This document shows, one piece after another, positions 1 to 17,393 of a DNA stretch of 64,000 nucleotides. Within the stretch, counting starts at the first letter, position 1, and each line of letters starts with the position of its first letter. The position numbers and the translations under genes are program-made. The notes beneath the pieces are model-generated. The model worked only from the letters and a program-made list of their open reading frames with translations. It searched no databases and was not told where the DNA came from. The stretch lies in assembly GCF_009914755.1 (NCBI RefSeq), contig NC_060927.1, one strand, 5' to 3'. This stretch comes from the human T2T-CHM13v2.0 reference genome, Homo sapiens.

Positions 1-1493
1 TAATATTCTCTCGCTTCTTTGTTACTCAAACTCAGTGTTTTCCTGCCTGCCTCCACCTCAAAACTGTTCCATGAGCAGGCTCCAAGGCTTCTAAAGTTCT
101 TCAAAAAAGCCACTGAGGATATTTTGAGGTGCTCTTTTTAGCTTTTTTCCAACAACCTGCAAGAAGTCCCCAAAGGTGGGGAGGCGTCTTATTGATAATA
201 AGTACTTCCAAAAGCAATACCTAATCATTTTTGTGAAGTTGCAGGGATAGAGTATTTTTCTTGTACAGAGCTCTAGAGGAAGATGCAAAACCACAAATCT
301 CTTGAAGTGCTACTTTCATATCAAAATATTTCTAAAGCCCACACTGTATTTCGTTTATATGCAAAATGTTTAACAGGAAAAATTGTGTTGTATTTACTAC
401 CTTTTTTTTTCAATAGTCCAGATTTTCCTGAGGTGATCATCTCTCCTTGAGAATAATAATCTTATTCTCCAGAAGTCCAGAAAACTCTGTTATCTGAAAT
501 GGTTAAGGAAGGAGATGTGCAGATTAGTCACATACTCTACTTCATGAAAGATCCTTCCACAGTAGGCTTCTAGTCCCAATTTTCAAAACATTGAAATATA
601 ATAAAATGTACTCCCAACAAGAAACCTGGAGTTGTATCTAATTTAATCTTTTTCTGGTGATTCAGAGGGCATCCTTTGATTTTTCCAATGCCTGAGGGCC
701 ATGATTACAAATATTAACCACGGATGGTTCAGCCAGACATGGACATTATTAGTGGAGGACTCCCACTAATGAACTGCTGTGGGTCAGCAACGCCTGGATC
801 CATTCAGCATTTAGGAGTATCGGATTGCAGAGGCCACAACCTAGGGCCTACTAATTTTTAGGTTCTCCAACTGTATGCCAAAGTACGTGTTTGGAAGAAT
901 CATAAAATTCAGGATTTCTTTTCAATGTTGAATAGGCTTAGGAAGTAAGCTTAGGGTGGGAGTAGTGTTGCTCCTTAAGAACAATAGTCTATTTCATTGA
1001 GATAAATAATTTCTGCTCTTAATACTGCACCCCGTTACATGTTCTTTCCTTCTCAAAGGTTTTAGAATAGGAGATATCTTTAGAATGCATCTCTATGTAC
1101 TCTTCATATTTATTCTTTTACAGACGGAGAAACTAAAGGCAGGGGAGGAGTGGCACTTGAAAAGAGTCACATGGTGAACCAGATCTGGGCTCAGAACCTA
1201 AGTGTCATACCTCAAAGGCAGAGGCAAGCCATCTATAGTCCAGAATGATTTTTCATATAACTGCCTTCCCATTATCTACAGTGAATAAGAACAGGGAGAA
1301 CCTTCTAGTTCATAAATTATCATTATTTTTATTCATAATTTTAAGAACCCAGCTGCTTTATTAAATAGAAAGCAAATCAAATTTAATGCAAAATTTGTGT
1401 TCTGACATTCAAGATCTTTCCATTCTTCTCCAAGCTTAACTCCTAGACAACAATTGCTATTATCCTAAACAAACCTCAAGATTGTTTTTAAAC

Positions 1494-1649
1494 CAGGGGA
1501 AAGTGGGATCACAGACCCCCACTACCACAAATTATGCAGTCTAGTTTCCCACGTATGGGGAAATTGCAGGGGTCAGCACATCTGGAATGCAATTGATAAG
1601 CCTTGACTGGGAAAACAACCTTCTTGCTCATGATAGCTCCTCTGTCAAG
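1494..1649 (-). pseudogene. RNU1: U1 snRNA retropseudogene, slightly 5'-truncated
   Basis: The reverse complement aligns along U1 (GTTTTCCCAG..GCTTATCAATTGCATTCCAGATGTGCTGACCCCTGCAATTTCCCC..CTGCATAATTTGTGGTAGTGGGGG..CTTTCCCCTG). The Sm site AATTTGTG is kept and the 5' ATACTTA is absent. Possible degenerate TSD caagattgttttta / caagatttttctta. Confidence 0.93.
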
Positions 1650-2089
1650 ATTTTTCTTACCTTTGCTTACATAGTCATTGCTGGAATATCTTGACCTCAT
1701 CAAACCACTACCTACCACAAGTATCTACAAATTCAAATCTTATATTTTCCTCTAGATCCATCTCCTTCTTACAGTCTTCCCTGATACTCTTAGTCTGAAA
1801 ATATTCTCTACCAAGAACACTGATGATCCGCTCACTAATGATTCCAAAACTGATGAGTTACTTCTCTTCCATCACTATTTTTTATTCTGTACCAGAATGA
1901 TTTATGTATATATCTTGTTCCTTTTTCCCACTCATATTTTTAAATGGCCTCCTTTTACTTCAGTGTAGTCTAGAGTGTCCTGAACATAGGAAACAATAAA
2001 AATGTTTCATGAATTAATAACATTTAGCATACATGTTTTTGTGTACTTTACTATGTGACATTAACTACAATCACCATGATAACAAAATG

Positions 2090-3218
2090 ATGATAATATT
2101 GACCTAACATTGCTCAGAGCTTACTATGTGCCAGGTACTATAAGGATTCTAAATGTTTAATGAATATTATCTTTATTCATTAAATAAGCTATATGAACAT
2201 GCAAACGGCCAATAAATATATGAAAAAAAGTTCAACATCACTAATCATCAGAGAAATGCATATTAAAACCACAAAGAGATATCATTTCATCCCAGTTAGG
2301 ATGGCTATTATCAAAAGACAAAGAAAATAAAGCACATGCTAGTGAGGAAGCAGACAGAAGGGAATTCTTATGCACTGTTGGTGGGAATGTAAACTAGTAC
2401 AGTCACTATGGAGAACAGTATTGAGTTTTCTAAAAAAAAAAAAAAAAAAAAACTAGAATTACCATATGATCCAGCAATCCCACTACTGGGAATTTATCCA
2501 AAAGAAAGGGAATCAGTATATCAAAGAGATATCTGCACCCATATGTTTATTGCAGCACTATTACAATAGTCAAAATATGGAATCAACTTAGGTGTCCAAC
2601 AACAAATGAATGCATAAAGAAAGTGGGGTACATATACACAATAAAATATTATTCAGCCATAAAAAAGAATGGAATCCTGTCATTTGCAGCAACATAGATG
2701 AAACTGAAGGACATTATGCTTGATGAAATAAGCCTAAGAAACAGAAAGTTAAACACCACATGTTCTCACTCATACGTGTAAGATAAAAGAAAAAGTTGAT
2801 TTCATAGAAGTAAAAAGTAGAACAAAGGATAGGAGGAGCTGGGAAGGGTAGGGGGAAGGAGGGAGAGATTTGTAAAAGGATACAATATTACAGCTAGGTG
2901 GGAGGAATAAGTTCTAGTGTTCTATACGACTGTAATATGGTTATAGTTAATAATAATATTTTACATACTTTAAAATCAGCAGAAGGAGGATATTGAAGTT
3001 TCCCAACACAAAGAAATGATCAATATTTGAGATGATGAATATAATAATTACCCTGATCTGATCACTTACATTATATGTATTGAAATGTCACTGTTTACCC
3101 CATGAATGTGTACAATTATTATTTGTCAATTTAAGAAATAAAATAAAATATTATGAGGTTAGTACTATTATGATCTCTGTTTTAAAGATAAGCAACCTGG
3201 AGCACAGAGAGGTTAAAG
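2090..3218 (+). mobile_element. MIR split by an L1MA insertion (pieces ~2090-2195 and ~3150-3218)
   Basis: MIR motifs gagcttactatgtgccaggtact and ttttaaagataagcaacctggagcacagagaggttaa lie on either side of the L1. Confidence 0.6.
2197..3149 (+). mobile_element. L1MA (about L1MA4-6) 3' fragment
   Basis: ORF2 C-terminal sequence (catcactaatcatcagagaaatgca..., ccagcaatcccactactggg) and an L1MA-type 3'UTR (gaggaataagttctagtgttctata ... tacaattattatttgtcaatt) with A-rich tail. Confidence 0.85.
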
Positions 3219-3684
3219 TATGAATAAAACATGATCTCTGCCGTACAGAAGCATAAAGTCTATTGAAGATGATAGAAACATAAATGATTTTAAAAGCTAT
3301 CGTAAGGTATAAGATAGGTTGTCACAGGTGGAGTAGGAGGTGCAGAAGAGTTGGCAGTCAGCCAGCCTGAGGGTTTTAAGAAAGTTTCCTGGAGGAGACA
3401 TATATAGAGCTAGTTCTTGAAGTGTGAGCTTCACAGGGTTGGGGTATGAGTGTGGGGCAGGGACCATGTGAGTGTGCAAAAGTACTTTTGGACATAAGAA
3501 GTTATTATCATTTTCCAGGTTTCTCTGCCAGATGTGAATCTCCAATGTCAAAGAGGAAAGTGGACGGAGGCAGAGAAATGCTTAGTACTGTTCCGGGATC
3601 AGAGCTACAAAACTCCAGAGTATCTGGGAGAGATCATATCTCTTTATCTCACCTAAGTTTTCTATCATACATTTGAATAGAGAG

Positions 3685-3920
3685 ACAGTAGAGCATAGTG
3701 AAAAAAATAGATTCTGGAACCAGACAGACGTGGGCTCAAATACAATTTGCTTCTTATTATTTATGGTACCATCTTGGGCAATTAATCCATTTGGGTCCTA
3801 TTTTTTTAATCTGGAAAAGTAAGTAATATCTTCTTGTAGGCAGAGCTGTTGTAAGGACTGACCATAATACTTATAAAAGTGTCTAAAATACTGGTCACTC
3901 AATAAATTGTACTCACTATT
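3685..3920 (-). mobile_element. MIR
   Basis: Motifs tctggaaccagacagacgtgggctcaaat, gttgtaaggactga and cactcaataaat. Confidence 0.6.
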
Positions 3921-4204
3921 ATATATAGGGTCTTGGATCCATCCAGGCTAAGGATTAGAGCTGGAATCCCTGAAGGTTCCCTCCTTTTTAATAAGAAAAG
4001 GGTCTAATCCCCCCATCCCAAAATGGAAGAGGATTTAAAGGAAGAATTGCTTCATAAAAGTGTTGATGAAACATAATTTGATCTAGTTATGATGAACTCA
4101 CTTAATGATAATCCTGGAATAGGGGAAATAGACTAGTAGCCTGGCAATTTGCTATTTCAAAGTGCCAAGAATTAGGTGAGACCGGGTTTCTTGTATTTGG
4201 GGTG

Positions 4205-4330
4205 AATGTGCATTCTGGTTTTCCCAAAATGTTCCCGTTTTATACTCATTGTCACAACATACTTTTAAAGAATGCCCCCTTTGCCCATCAAAAACAGTTC
4301 TGGCTTAATAAATTATATGACCATATACCT
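4205..4330. mobile_element. MER94-like hAT-Blackjack DNA transposon relic
   Basis: Terminal motif ataaattatatgacca resembles the MER94 end; highly diverged. Confidence 0.35.
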
Positions 4331-4729
4331 TTAGTTCCTACTAGAATGTACAGAAATAATATAAATGATTGAAATTAATTAACAGCAATACATTACATTA
4401 TAACTATTTTAAAAGCCTTGTTAAAATGCCAAACCAATTACCAGCCTGCATACAATTTTTCCATATACTCATGCTGTTTGTCCAGAAGTGCTGAATGTAA
4501 ATTGAGAGAAATGTGTGACCATTTATTTGTGCCCAATTATTTTCTTACTGTTCATTTTTTATAACTAATATCTTTTATAACATATTTTATATTTACAAAA
4601 AAAGAGAAGTTGGTCTATTAGACTTTTTGGTGATGACATTGAGGTCAACTCACCTCTAGAAGTGAGTACTCACTCTAAGATGAAACAAATGGTCAGCTCA
4701 GTTTCCACTGAGAGTGTCAGTTCAAACTG

Positions 4730-4860
4730 TCACCAGAATGTAAGCTCTACAAGAACAAGGACCTTGTCCATTTTTGTCACTGTTGTTTTTCCAGCTTCTA
4801 GAAGAGCATGTCATCCTTAGAAAGTCTTATTTAATATCCAATGAATAAATGAATGAGTTT
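4730..4860 (+). mobile_element. L2 3' end
   Basis: aatgtaagctctacaagaacaaggacc ... tgaataaatgaatga. Confidence 0.65.
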
Positions 4861-7800
4861 AATGAGAAAAAGCTTTTTTTTGGTGGCCATAAAGCCAATT
4901 CACTTGGCAACTGAGAAGCATCAATCAGCAATCCTTGACGGCATAAACTAGGTCATAAGTGACCTGTAAGAAGCAACAGGATCACCATGAGGCAGGAAGT
5001 CAGTTAACAAGTGTGCTCCGTGCTTACTCTTGGGCAAAGACCATAAATAATCAGGCCTACATTCAGTTTTCTCTGCACTTGAGTTCAGGTATTCCTCTTA
5101 AGCAAGCTAATAGGTGGGCTATGCCTTTGCAAACAAGCTAGGAGGCTGGAAGAAATTAGTCATAGAAGATGAAAGAATAGGAAGATTAAAATTTCAAAGC
5201 ACAAGAAGAAGATGGGTTGACGTGGCAAAACTACGTGAAAGTGACCATGCTGTAGAAGTTAGACAGCGTCCCTCAGAAAGCAAACATGTCTTGATTGCTT
5301 ACTATGTGCAAGGTTCTCATTCTCTTCCTTGAGTGAGGGTGAAAGAATGATCTTCCTAAAAAGGCAGTGACACATGATAAAGCTTCAATAAAAATGGTTC
5401 AGGTTGCAGGGAAGGAATGAAGGTAAGGAACAGTCTGAGAAGACAGGAAAGGGCAGAAGATGCAGCTCATCTGGGTATATTTTTCCATGGAGTTACCCAT
5501 TTACATGGTCTAACAGTGATCTCTCTAGGGGCTATTAAGTATCTAAAGAGACTTGCAGAGTCGTGTAACAGAGTAATGATGCATGGGTAAGGCATCTGGA
5601 AGCCAACTCACAAACGTTTTTTACATTTCTTGTTAAGGACTTTCTCCACTTGACGATATTAGAAATTTATACACAAGCTATCAACTGACAATTTCAAGGC
5701 CCATCTGTTACACTGGCATAATGCCCACTTAAAATGTGGTATGCCAATTTCATTAATGTTTAGGTTGTGAGTCAAAACCTTAATCAGTCAAAATAGGATA
5801 CTAGAAAATAAAACTTTTCAGTTGATTGTCCCTTTTCATTCTAGGAATAAGAAATAACCTGGCAATCCAATACGCAAAAGTAACTTCTTGAATCTGCTCA
5901 GGATCATTATGAAGACCAACCCAATCCTTGAGCCCTGGTGCTAAGAATAGACCAAATGTACATCAAGGTTTGGTCCAAAAAGGCATCATAAAAAATGCTG
6001 CATCTAAAGAATGTGGACATTTGACATTTTCTCATCCTATACATCTCCCACCCTCCCCTCAAAATTCCAAATACACAGATGCTCGATATTTTTGTAATAA
6101 TAGCATACGAGTATTCAGTCATAAAGAAATTAACTAAAGTCCATCATTTGTTCATTTACTGAGAACCTACTGTGTGCAAGACACTAGTGTAGGTGCTGGG
6201 ATACACCATAAATCTGTGGACTCATAATATTTACATTATAGTTTCACCGTTGGAATGAACTTCATAAATCTTGTAGCCCAAATACTTATTAAACAAAAGT
6301 AAGAAAAAAGACCCATTAGGAGCGGGGAGGAGGACAACTTTTCTCAAGTCAAATAGCAAGTTATAAACAAGACTAGAAGTAGTCTGCTGATGCCTATCTC
6401 ATTATGGCACCCTCTATGCAAATTTGTATACATTCTTAGGTTGGAGGACTAGGACTAGTCCTATGTGTGTTGTACTGCAAAGCATTGTTTCAGAAGTTTA
6501 TTTATTTCACTTAGTAAATACATCCAGAAGTTCTTGTTGAAGGGCTGGAAAACGATAACTATACTAAATGTGTTGCTGCCAATAAGAAACCTCCACAATG
6601 TGTTCTACACGACACCTGATAGATGTGATACAAGTGTATTGTTCGTGTGATGAATAATAACAAAGCTCTATTTTATTAGTAGTGCTCTTACTTGATGAAA
6701 AATCTTCATGGTTTATGTTTATATTCAAATCTCAATTCACATAGCGGCTATGGCTACCCAGGGAAAGTGAAATGCAGAAATGAAACAATTAGCTATGTTA
6801 TTGGTTCCAAAAACCCTGCTTTTTAAAAGGGAGGAAAAGAGTAATGAGTAATTTAAGCCAACTAAAATTAAATAACAGCAAAAGAATGCAATAGCATAAT
6901 GGACCCCACATGTGTATTGACACAAGGGTATTATCAGCAGGGACTTGGAGGTCATAACCAATTGCTGATAGTAGATAGTACTGATACTCTGCAGCTTAAA
7001 AAAAATGACAAATGGATTTGTCTATCTGATAGCTTTTTTAAAAAAGTGTTTCCACAACTTTTTACATTTTTTTTTCTCTAACCATTTGCCCTAGCAAGGT
7101 GACCATGGGACTGTAAAGGAAGCAAAGAGTTATAGTTAGAGGTGGAACCAAGACTGCTGTTCTGCCCAGAGGGTTCTCTTGCATACTGAGCTCTAGGCCT
7201 AGGGTTGTGATAATATGATGCTGATGCTGCCAGCCCCTTTCAGTCACTTAAAATCTGTCTCAATTTAAAGTATCAGATGAAAATGTTTTTCATCTGATCT
7301 TAAATTTAGGTTTATTTACCATGACTGACAAACTTCTTATTTAGTCTATCCAATCGCTTCTAAATTTATTCATTAAACATTTTCCCCTTCTTTCTGAAGA
7401 ATCACAAGCTATTAATAATTAAAAAGTAGTAGCTGTTATAAAAAGGATGCTGGAAAGATTGAGATGTATCCTTGGTTTCTTATTCTGTGAAAGAAGGGAC
7501 TTTGACAAAACAGTCTATAAGGCCCTTTCCAGACCTAATACTGGAAGCATCTGTGTTGGGCCAGCAGTGCTTCTAGGCTATCCCATGGAATGCTGTATTC
7601 CTTTTGGAATCAAAGTCAGTCAGACCTGAAAGGAACACTAGAGTTCCTCTAGCCCAACTCCTTTAGTTTATAGATGAGACACCTGAGCCCTAGAGAGGGG
7701 AAGACTTTTGAATCTGAACTTGGAACTGCTAGAATCCAAAGTCAATACTTTTAGCCATTATCTTATATTGTCACTTTAATACCTTTACTACACTTTACTT

Positions 7801-8262
7801 CCACATGTTGATGAAGTGCAAAGTATTTAAGTAAAAAATAGAAAATAGGTTGAAGTAAAACAATAGTATTCTACTAGGCCCCACTAATACCACTCAACTA
7901 CTGAATGAAGAAATACAAACCCCATCAAAATGATCTCCACCTACCCGCCTCATTGCCCCCTCTCCCTTATATCTTTTTACTTGTTTATCTCATTTTTATT
8001 GCCTTCATCATGCCAACAAGCCAAGTTGGCAGATGATTCAGGCTGTGATACAGAGGAAGGGATAAATACAATCTCACAGAGCTACAAGATTGGCTATAAC
8101 CTTGGGGCTCACTTTTTTTTCTGGCTTAGGAAACTCTTATTTATCCTTCAAAACCCAGTTAAAGTGTTTCACAAGAAGCCTTCTCTTAATCTTCATAGCA
8201 TTTTCAGTATTTTTTATTTATGTCTGCCATTTATTTATATATCTGTCTCTCTATAAAGGCAG

Positions 8263-8627
8263 TGCTATAGACTGAATGTTTGTGTTCCCCCAAAATTCAT
8301 ACATTGAAACCTGATTCCCAACATAATAGTGTTTGGATGTGGAGACTCTGAGCAATTATTAGGTCATGAGGGAAAAACACTTATGAGTAGAATTAAAGCC
8401 ATTATAAAAGAGATCCCAGAGAGCTTCTTGCCTCTTCTGCCATGTGAAATTACAGCCACAGACTGCTTTCTATGAACGCAGAAGTGGGCACTGACTAGAC
8501 ACCAAATCTACCAGCAGCCTTGATTTTGGACTTCCCAATCTTCAGAACTATGATAAATAGATTTCTGTTGTTTATAAGTCATCAAGTTTGTGGTATTCTG
8601 TTACAGAATCCTGAATAGGCTAAGACA
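8263..8627 (+). mobile_element. MLT1A-type MaLR solo LTR inserted in an L2 3' end
   Basis: Starts tgctatagactgaatgtttgtgttccccc and ends tggtattctgttacag..ctaagaca; about 365 bp. Confidence 0.85.
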
Positions 8628-9016
8628 GGTGGAGTATTCCCATCACATAGCATTGTGCCCAGCATATAGCAGGCATAGAGTAATTATATTCTGAATTCAT
8701 TAATGAAGCAGTCAATGAGTAATTAAATGAATGAAGTTTGAAAATGTTCCAGAACTTTTCAATTTAGTTGATTCACTCTTCATTATACCCCAGGAGCAAA
8801 TAAAAATGAACTTTGAATAGCCGTGCTTGTTCTGCATTGGGTAGTATTATCAACACTGTCGGTGTTTCCCATCAACCTGCTTCATTCTTGCTCTTTTCTC
8901 CCCAAATCTCCAAGTTGGAGAAAAAAAAGTTCTCCACTTCTGGCTTCTTAGACTTTGGCCTTTTTTAGTCTTACTTTCTTCTCCCTCTGGTCTTGGCTTT
9001 CCCATCTCCTGAAACA

Positions 9017-9077
9017 CCCACCACCACCACAAGCAGCGCACACACCTTCCCACCACCACCACAAGCAGCGCACACAC
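9017..9077. repeat. Tandem duplication, 32-bp period
   Basis: cccaccaccaccacaagcagcgcacacac occurs at 9017 and 9049. Confidence 0.9.
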
Positions 9078-11369
9078 AATCCTCATTAATAATCTCCTTG
9101 CTTGGCTCCACAGACCTCCATGAGCTGAGCTAGTATCCTGACTTGGTCAAGGAAAGAAGGAGTGCTTTAGAAAAAGAAATGCATGAATGATAAATATTCT
9201 ATTGATTTTTATTTTCCAGTTTCAAGCTCTGAATGTAGCTGAATGTTACTGTTTGATCCTTTTACCCACTTCCTTTGGTTTCCTCCCAATTATTTCTTCT
9301 TTTAAGCAGGGAACTTAAAATACTCCAATTCTTGGTTTTCTCCCTGAACAGAGGGCACTCCCCCCTTAAGTGAGATGTTAGCTTCCATGGCTAAATATAG
9401 CAATCATCTATCAAAAATTTTCCCAGAATATGAAGAGACACTCTACCTTTCTAATAATGGATGTGGTTTTTCTCACTGAACATAAGTATGTTCAAGAAAC
9501 ACATTTAAAAAGATGATGTATTCTTGCAGAATACATTACTGTGCATTTGTAAACTCTATTTTCACATTGATGCACATGCCAAATCACTTGCTATTATTAC
9601 ATTCAGCACTATTTGCTCTGGATGATAGTGCCAAAAGACTAATGTCTTGTAAGTACAGAAAGCAGACACTTTTGGGCAGCACAGATGGAGGTGGGAGAAT
9701 TGCCAACAGAAATGGTGCCTTTTCTCTACTTGGATTATTTTTGTTGTTGTTTTTTAGTTGTTTTAAAGCATGGAGATCATGCAGCAAGTATTACTTAGGC
9801 CCTGAATAGAGAACCACTGGAATCTGAATGCAACTAAGCTGGAAGGAATGAGAGAGAGAAAAAAAGAAAGAAACAGGATAGTTCATCCATCTCAATGATA
9901 AACTGAAAATCAGAATCAAGAAATCAACACTGAGAAAATGAAATAAGCTTATGAAATTGACTGAAATAACTTTGTGGATTATATATTGAATAAGACTAAA
10001 ATGTCACCATTTTATTGTTATAATGATGATAAAACAGTAAACTGCCAAGAGAAGAGAATGGCTTGTCTTTGTGTGGCATCAAAGAATTTATCAAAAAGGC
10101 AGCATGATAATTTAGGAAATCAAACTTCTTTCTTAAGCTGAAGGTAGCTCCTAAAATCCATTATAAGGTATACAACTAGTTTACATTTATGTTCATTTAT
10201 ATTATGAATTCCAAAGATTGAATTTAACAAACCAAACATCCTAAATTTTGCCTATCATTATGCCTGGTACTTTATATCTACTGTATTATTAAATCCCCAT
10301 AACAATACTGAAAAGGAACTGAGGCTCCAAGGTCTATTATTTGCCCAAAATATGCAGCAAGTGAGGAATAGAGTCAAAAATGCAACCGAACACTTACAGA
10401 ATTTAAATTCTTGACCTTTGTACGTGCCTCAAGGACATATACTTGGTAGGTGAGCCATCTTCCACCACTGGTGTTTATATAAACTTGTGCTACAGGAACC
10501 CAAAGACGGAGAGAGAGTGCATTACTTTCCCAGCCAGGGAAGGGGCAGGGAACATTGAAAAGCCTTTTCCACGAAGTAGAGAAAGCCATTCCTGACAGAG
10601 GTTTCAGCATTAAAAGGCTCAGTGAAGACAGTGTAGGGTGATTTGGGGAAAAGTAAATAGTTTAGTGTTCCTGCAATGGAAGAAGATGAGAAGAAAAGGT
10701 TGGCTAGATGTGGATTGACGAGGAAGCCTTAACACTCCTGGGATTTCAGTTGAACACAGAGTTTACCATATCTGAAGTTCTGACTGTTTTCATGCTTACC
10801 TGTCATGTCAGATTTAGCTCCTTGCCTGCAAAGCCTGAATCTTGCATGAGTTTTCCACCAGATCTTCCCTTCCCAGTGCAGCTCCTTTAAGGGTTCAGCC
10901 TTGGCTTCCCAAGCTGTTGAGACTGCAAAATAAATATGGACCACATGCAAATTTAGATCTCCATCCTTTGACTCCACTCACTAAGCAATTTGCTCCTAGA
11001 TTGTCTCTCTTTACTTAGCCACCAGGTTTGTGTCTGACTTGTGTTAACGATCTCACTTCCCTAGTCAGCATGATACCAGATTCAACTTCCAGCTGTGCTT
11101 TTTATCTCTCTTCCTTAATTCCACGAGTTCTTTATTTCTTTTTTTTTCTTTCTTTTTTTTTTTTATTATACTTTAAGTTTTAGGGTACATGTGCACATTG
11201 TGCAGGTTAGTTACATATGTATACATGTGCCATGCTGGTGCGCTGCACCCACTAACTCGTCATCTAGCCTTAGGTATATCTCCCAATGCTATCCCTCCCC
11301 GCTCCCCCCACCCCACCACAGTCCCCAGAGTGTGATATTCCCCTTCATGTGTCCATGTGATCTCATTGT

Positions 11370-15223
<3,854 letters not shown>

Positions 15224-15259
15224 TTAGTTGATGCAGTTTCTTCCTAGTCTCGATGGTCT

Positions 15260-16277
15260 TTACATTTTGGCATGATTTTGCAGCGGCTGGTACCGGTTGT
15301 TCCTTTCCATGTTTAGCGCTTCCTTCAGGAGCTCTTTTAGGGCAGGCCTGGTGGTGACAAAATCTCTCAGCATTTGCTTGTCTGTAAAGTATTTTATTTC
15401 TCCTTCACTTATGAAGCTTAGTTTGGCTGGATATGAAATTCTGGGTTGAAAATTCTTTTCTTTAAGAATGTTGAATATTGGCCCCCACTCTCTTCTGGCT
15501 TGTAGGGTTTCTGCCGAGAGATCCGCTGTTAGTCTAATGGGCTTCCCTTTGAGGGTAACCCGACCTTTCTCTCTGGCTGCCCTTAACATTTTTTCCTTCA
15601 TTTCAACTTTGGTGAATCTGACAATTATGTGTCTTGGAGTTGCTCTTCTCGAGGAGTATCTTTGTGGCGTTCTCTGTATTTCCTGAATCTGAACGTTGGC
15701 CTGCCTTGCTAGATTGGGGAAGTTCTCCTGGATAATATCCTGCAGAGTGTTTTCCAACTTGGTTCCATTCTCCCCATCACTTTCAGGTACACCAATCAGA
15801 CGTAGATTTGGTCTTTTCACATAGCCCCATATTTCTTGGAGGCTTTGCTCATTTCTTTTTATTCTTTTTTCTCTAACCTTCCCTTCTCGCTTCATTTCAT
15901 TCATTTCATCTTCCATTGCTGATACCCTTTCTTCCAGTTGATCACATCAGCTCCTGAGGCTTCTGCATTCTTCATGTAGTTCTCGAGCCTTGGTTTTCAG
16001 CTCCATCAGCTCCTTTAAGCACTTCTCTGTATTGGTTATTCTAGTTATACATTCTTCTAAATTTTTTTCAAAGTTTTCAACTTCTTTGCCTTTGGTTTGA
16101 ATGTCCTCCTGTAGCTCAGAGTAATTTGATCGTCTGAAGCCTTCTTCTCTCAGCTCGTCAAAGTCATTCTCCATCCAGCTTTGTTCCGTTGCTGGTGAGG
16201 AACTGCGTTCCTTTGGAGGAGGAGAGGCGCTCTGCGTTTTAAGAGTTTCCAGTTTTTCTGTTCTGTTTTTTCCCCAT
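15260..16277 (-). pseudogene. L1 ORF1, disrupted
   Basis: ATG GGG AAA AAA CAG at 16277, a +1 frameshift near 16241 (AACTCTTAAAACG), and a CGA>TGA stop at 15947. The C-terminal 218 aa (...PLQNHAKM) are intact. Confidence 0.92.
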
Positions 16278-17181
16278 CTTTGTGGTTTCATCTACTTTTG
16301 GTCTTTGATGATGGTGATGTACAGATGGGTTTTCGGTGTGGATGTCCTTTCTGTTTGTTAGTTTTCCTTCTAACAGACAGCACCCTCAGCTGCAGGTCTG
16401 TTGGAATACCCTGCCGTGTGAGGTGTCAGTGTGCCCCTGCTGGGGGGTGCCTCCCAGTTAGGCTGCTCGGGGGTCAGGGGTCAGGGACCCACTTGAGGAG
16501 GCAGTCTGCCCGTTCTCAGATCTCCAGCTGTGTGCTGGGAGAACCACTGCTCTCTTCAAAGCTGTCAGACAGGGACATTTAAGTCTGCAGAGGTTACTGC
16601 TGTCTTTTTGTTTGTCTGTGCCCTGCCCCCAGAGGTGGAGCCTACAGAGGCAGGCAGGCCTCCTTGAGCTGTGGTGGGCTCCACCCAGTTCGAGCTTCCC
16701 GGCTGCTTTGTTTACCTAAACAAGCCCCGGCAATGGCGGGCGCCCCTCCCCCAGCCTCGCTGCCGCCTTGCAGTTTGATCTCAGACTGCTGTGCTAGCAA
16801 TCAGCGAGACTCCGTGGGCGTAGGACCCTCCGAGCCAGGTGTGGGATATAGTCTCGTGCTGCGCCGTTTTTTAAGCCAGTCTGAAAAGCGCAATATTCGG
16901 GTGGGAGTGACCCGATTTTCCAGGTGCGTCCGTCACCCCTTTCTTTGACTCGGAAAGGGAACTCCCTGACCCCTTGCGCTTCCCAGGTGAGGCAATGCCT
17001 CGCCCTGCTTCGGCTCGCGCCCGGTGCACGCACCCACTGGCCTGCGCCCACTGTCTGGCACTCCCTAGTGAGATGAACCCGGTACCTCAGATGGAAATGC
17101 AGAAATCACCCGTCTTCTGCGTCGCTCACGCTGGGAGCTGTAGACCAGAGCTGTTCCTATTCGGCCATCTTGGCTCCTCCC
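16278..17181. promoter_or_regulatory. L1 5'UTR: internal sense promoter (leftward) and antisense promoter (rightward), CpG-rich
   Basis: High CpG retention at ~16690-17180; YY1 motif CAAGATGGCCG intact at 17162-17172 (-). Confidence 0.75.
16733..16948 (+). CDS. L1 ORF0 (71 aa), antisense ORF of the 5'UTR, intact
   Basis: MAGAPPPASLPPCSLISDCCASNQRDSVGVGPSEPGVGYSLVLRRFLSQSEKRNIRVGVTRFSRCVRHPFL*; Kozak context gcaATGg; GT donors at 16839 and 16924. Expression not shown. Confidence 0.8.
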   Translation: MAGAPPPASLPPCSLISDCCASNQRDSVGVGPSEPGVGYSLVLRRFLSQSEKRNIRVGVTRFSRCVRHPFL

Positions 17182-17393
17182 AATTCCACGAGTTCTTAAA
17201 GAACCTTCAGGATAACAGCCCTTCCAGCTCTACCTCTCCTGGCGCCTCTGCTCCCACAGAAATCCTGTTGGCTCACCTCTTCCAACTGCTCTGCCCTGGA
17301 GGTAAGGTCAAGAGAGAGCTTGGCACAAAGCCTGGTAAGTGATATGTACAGTTTATTAACCACTTACTCCATATACTGTGCCCTTTGTCTATA

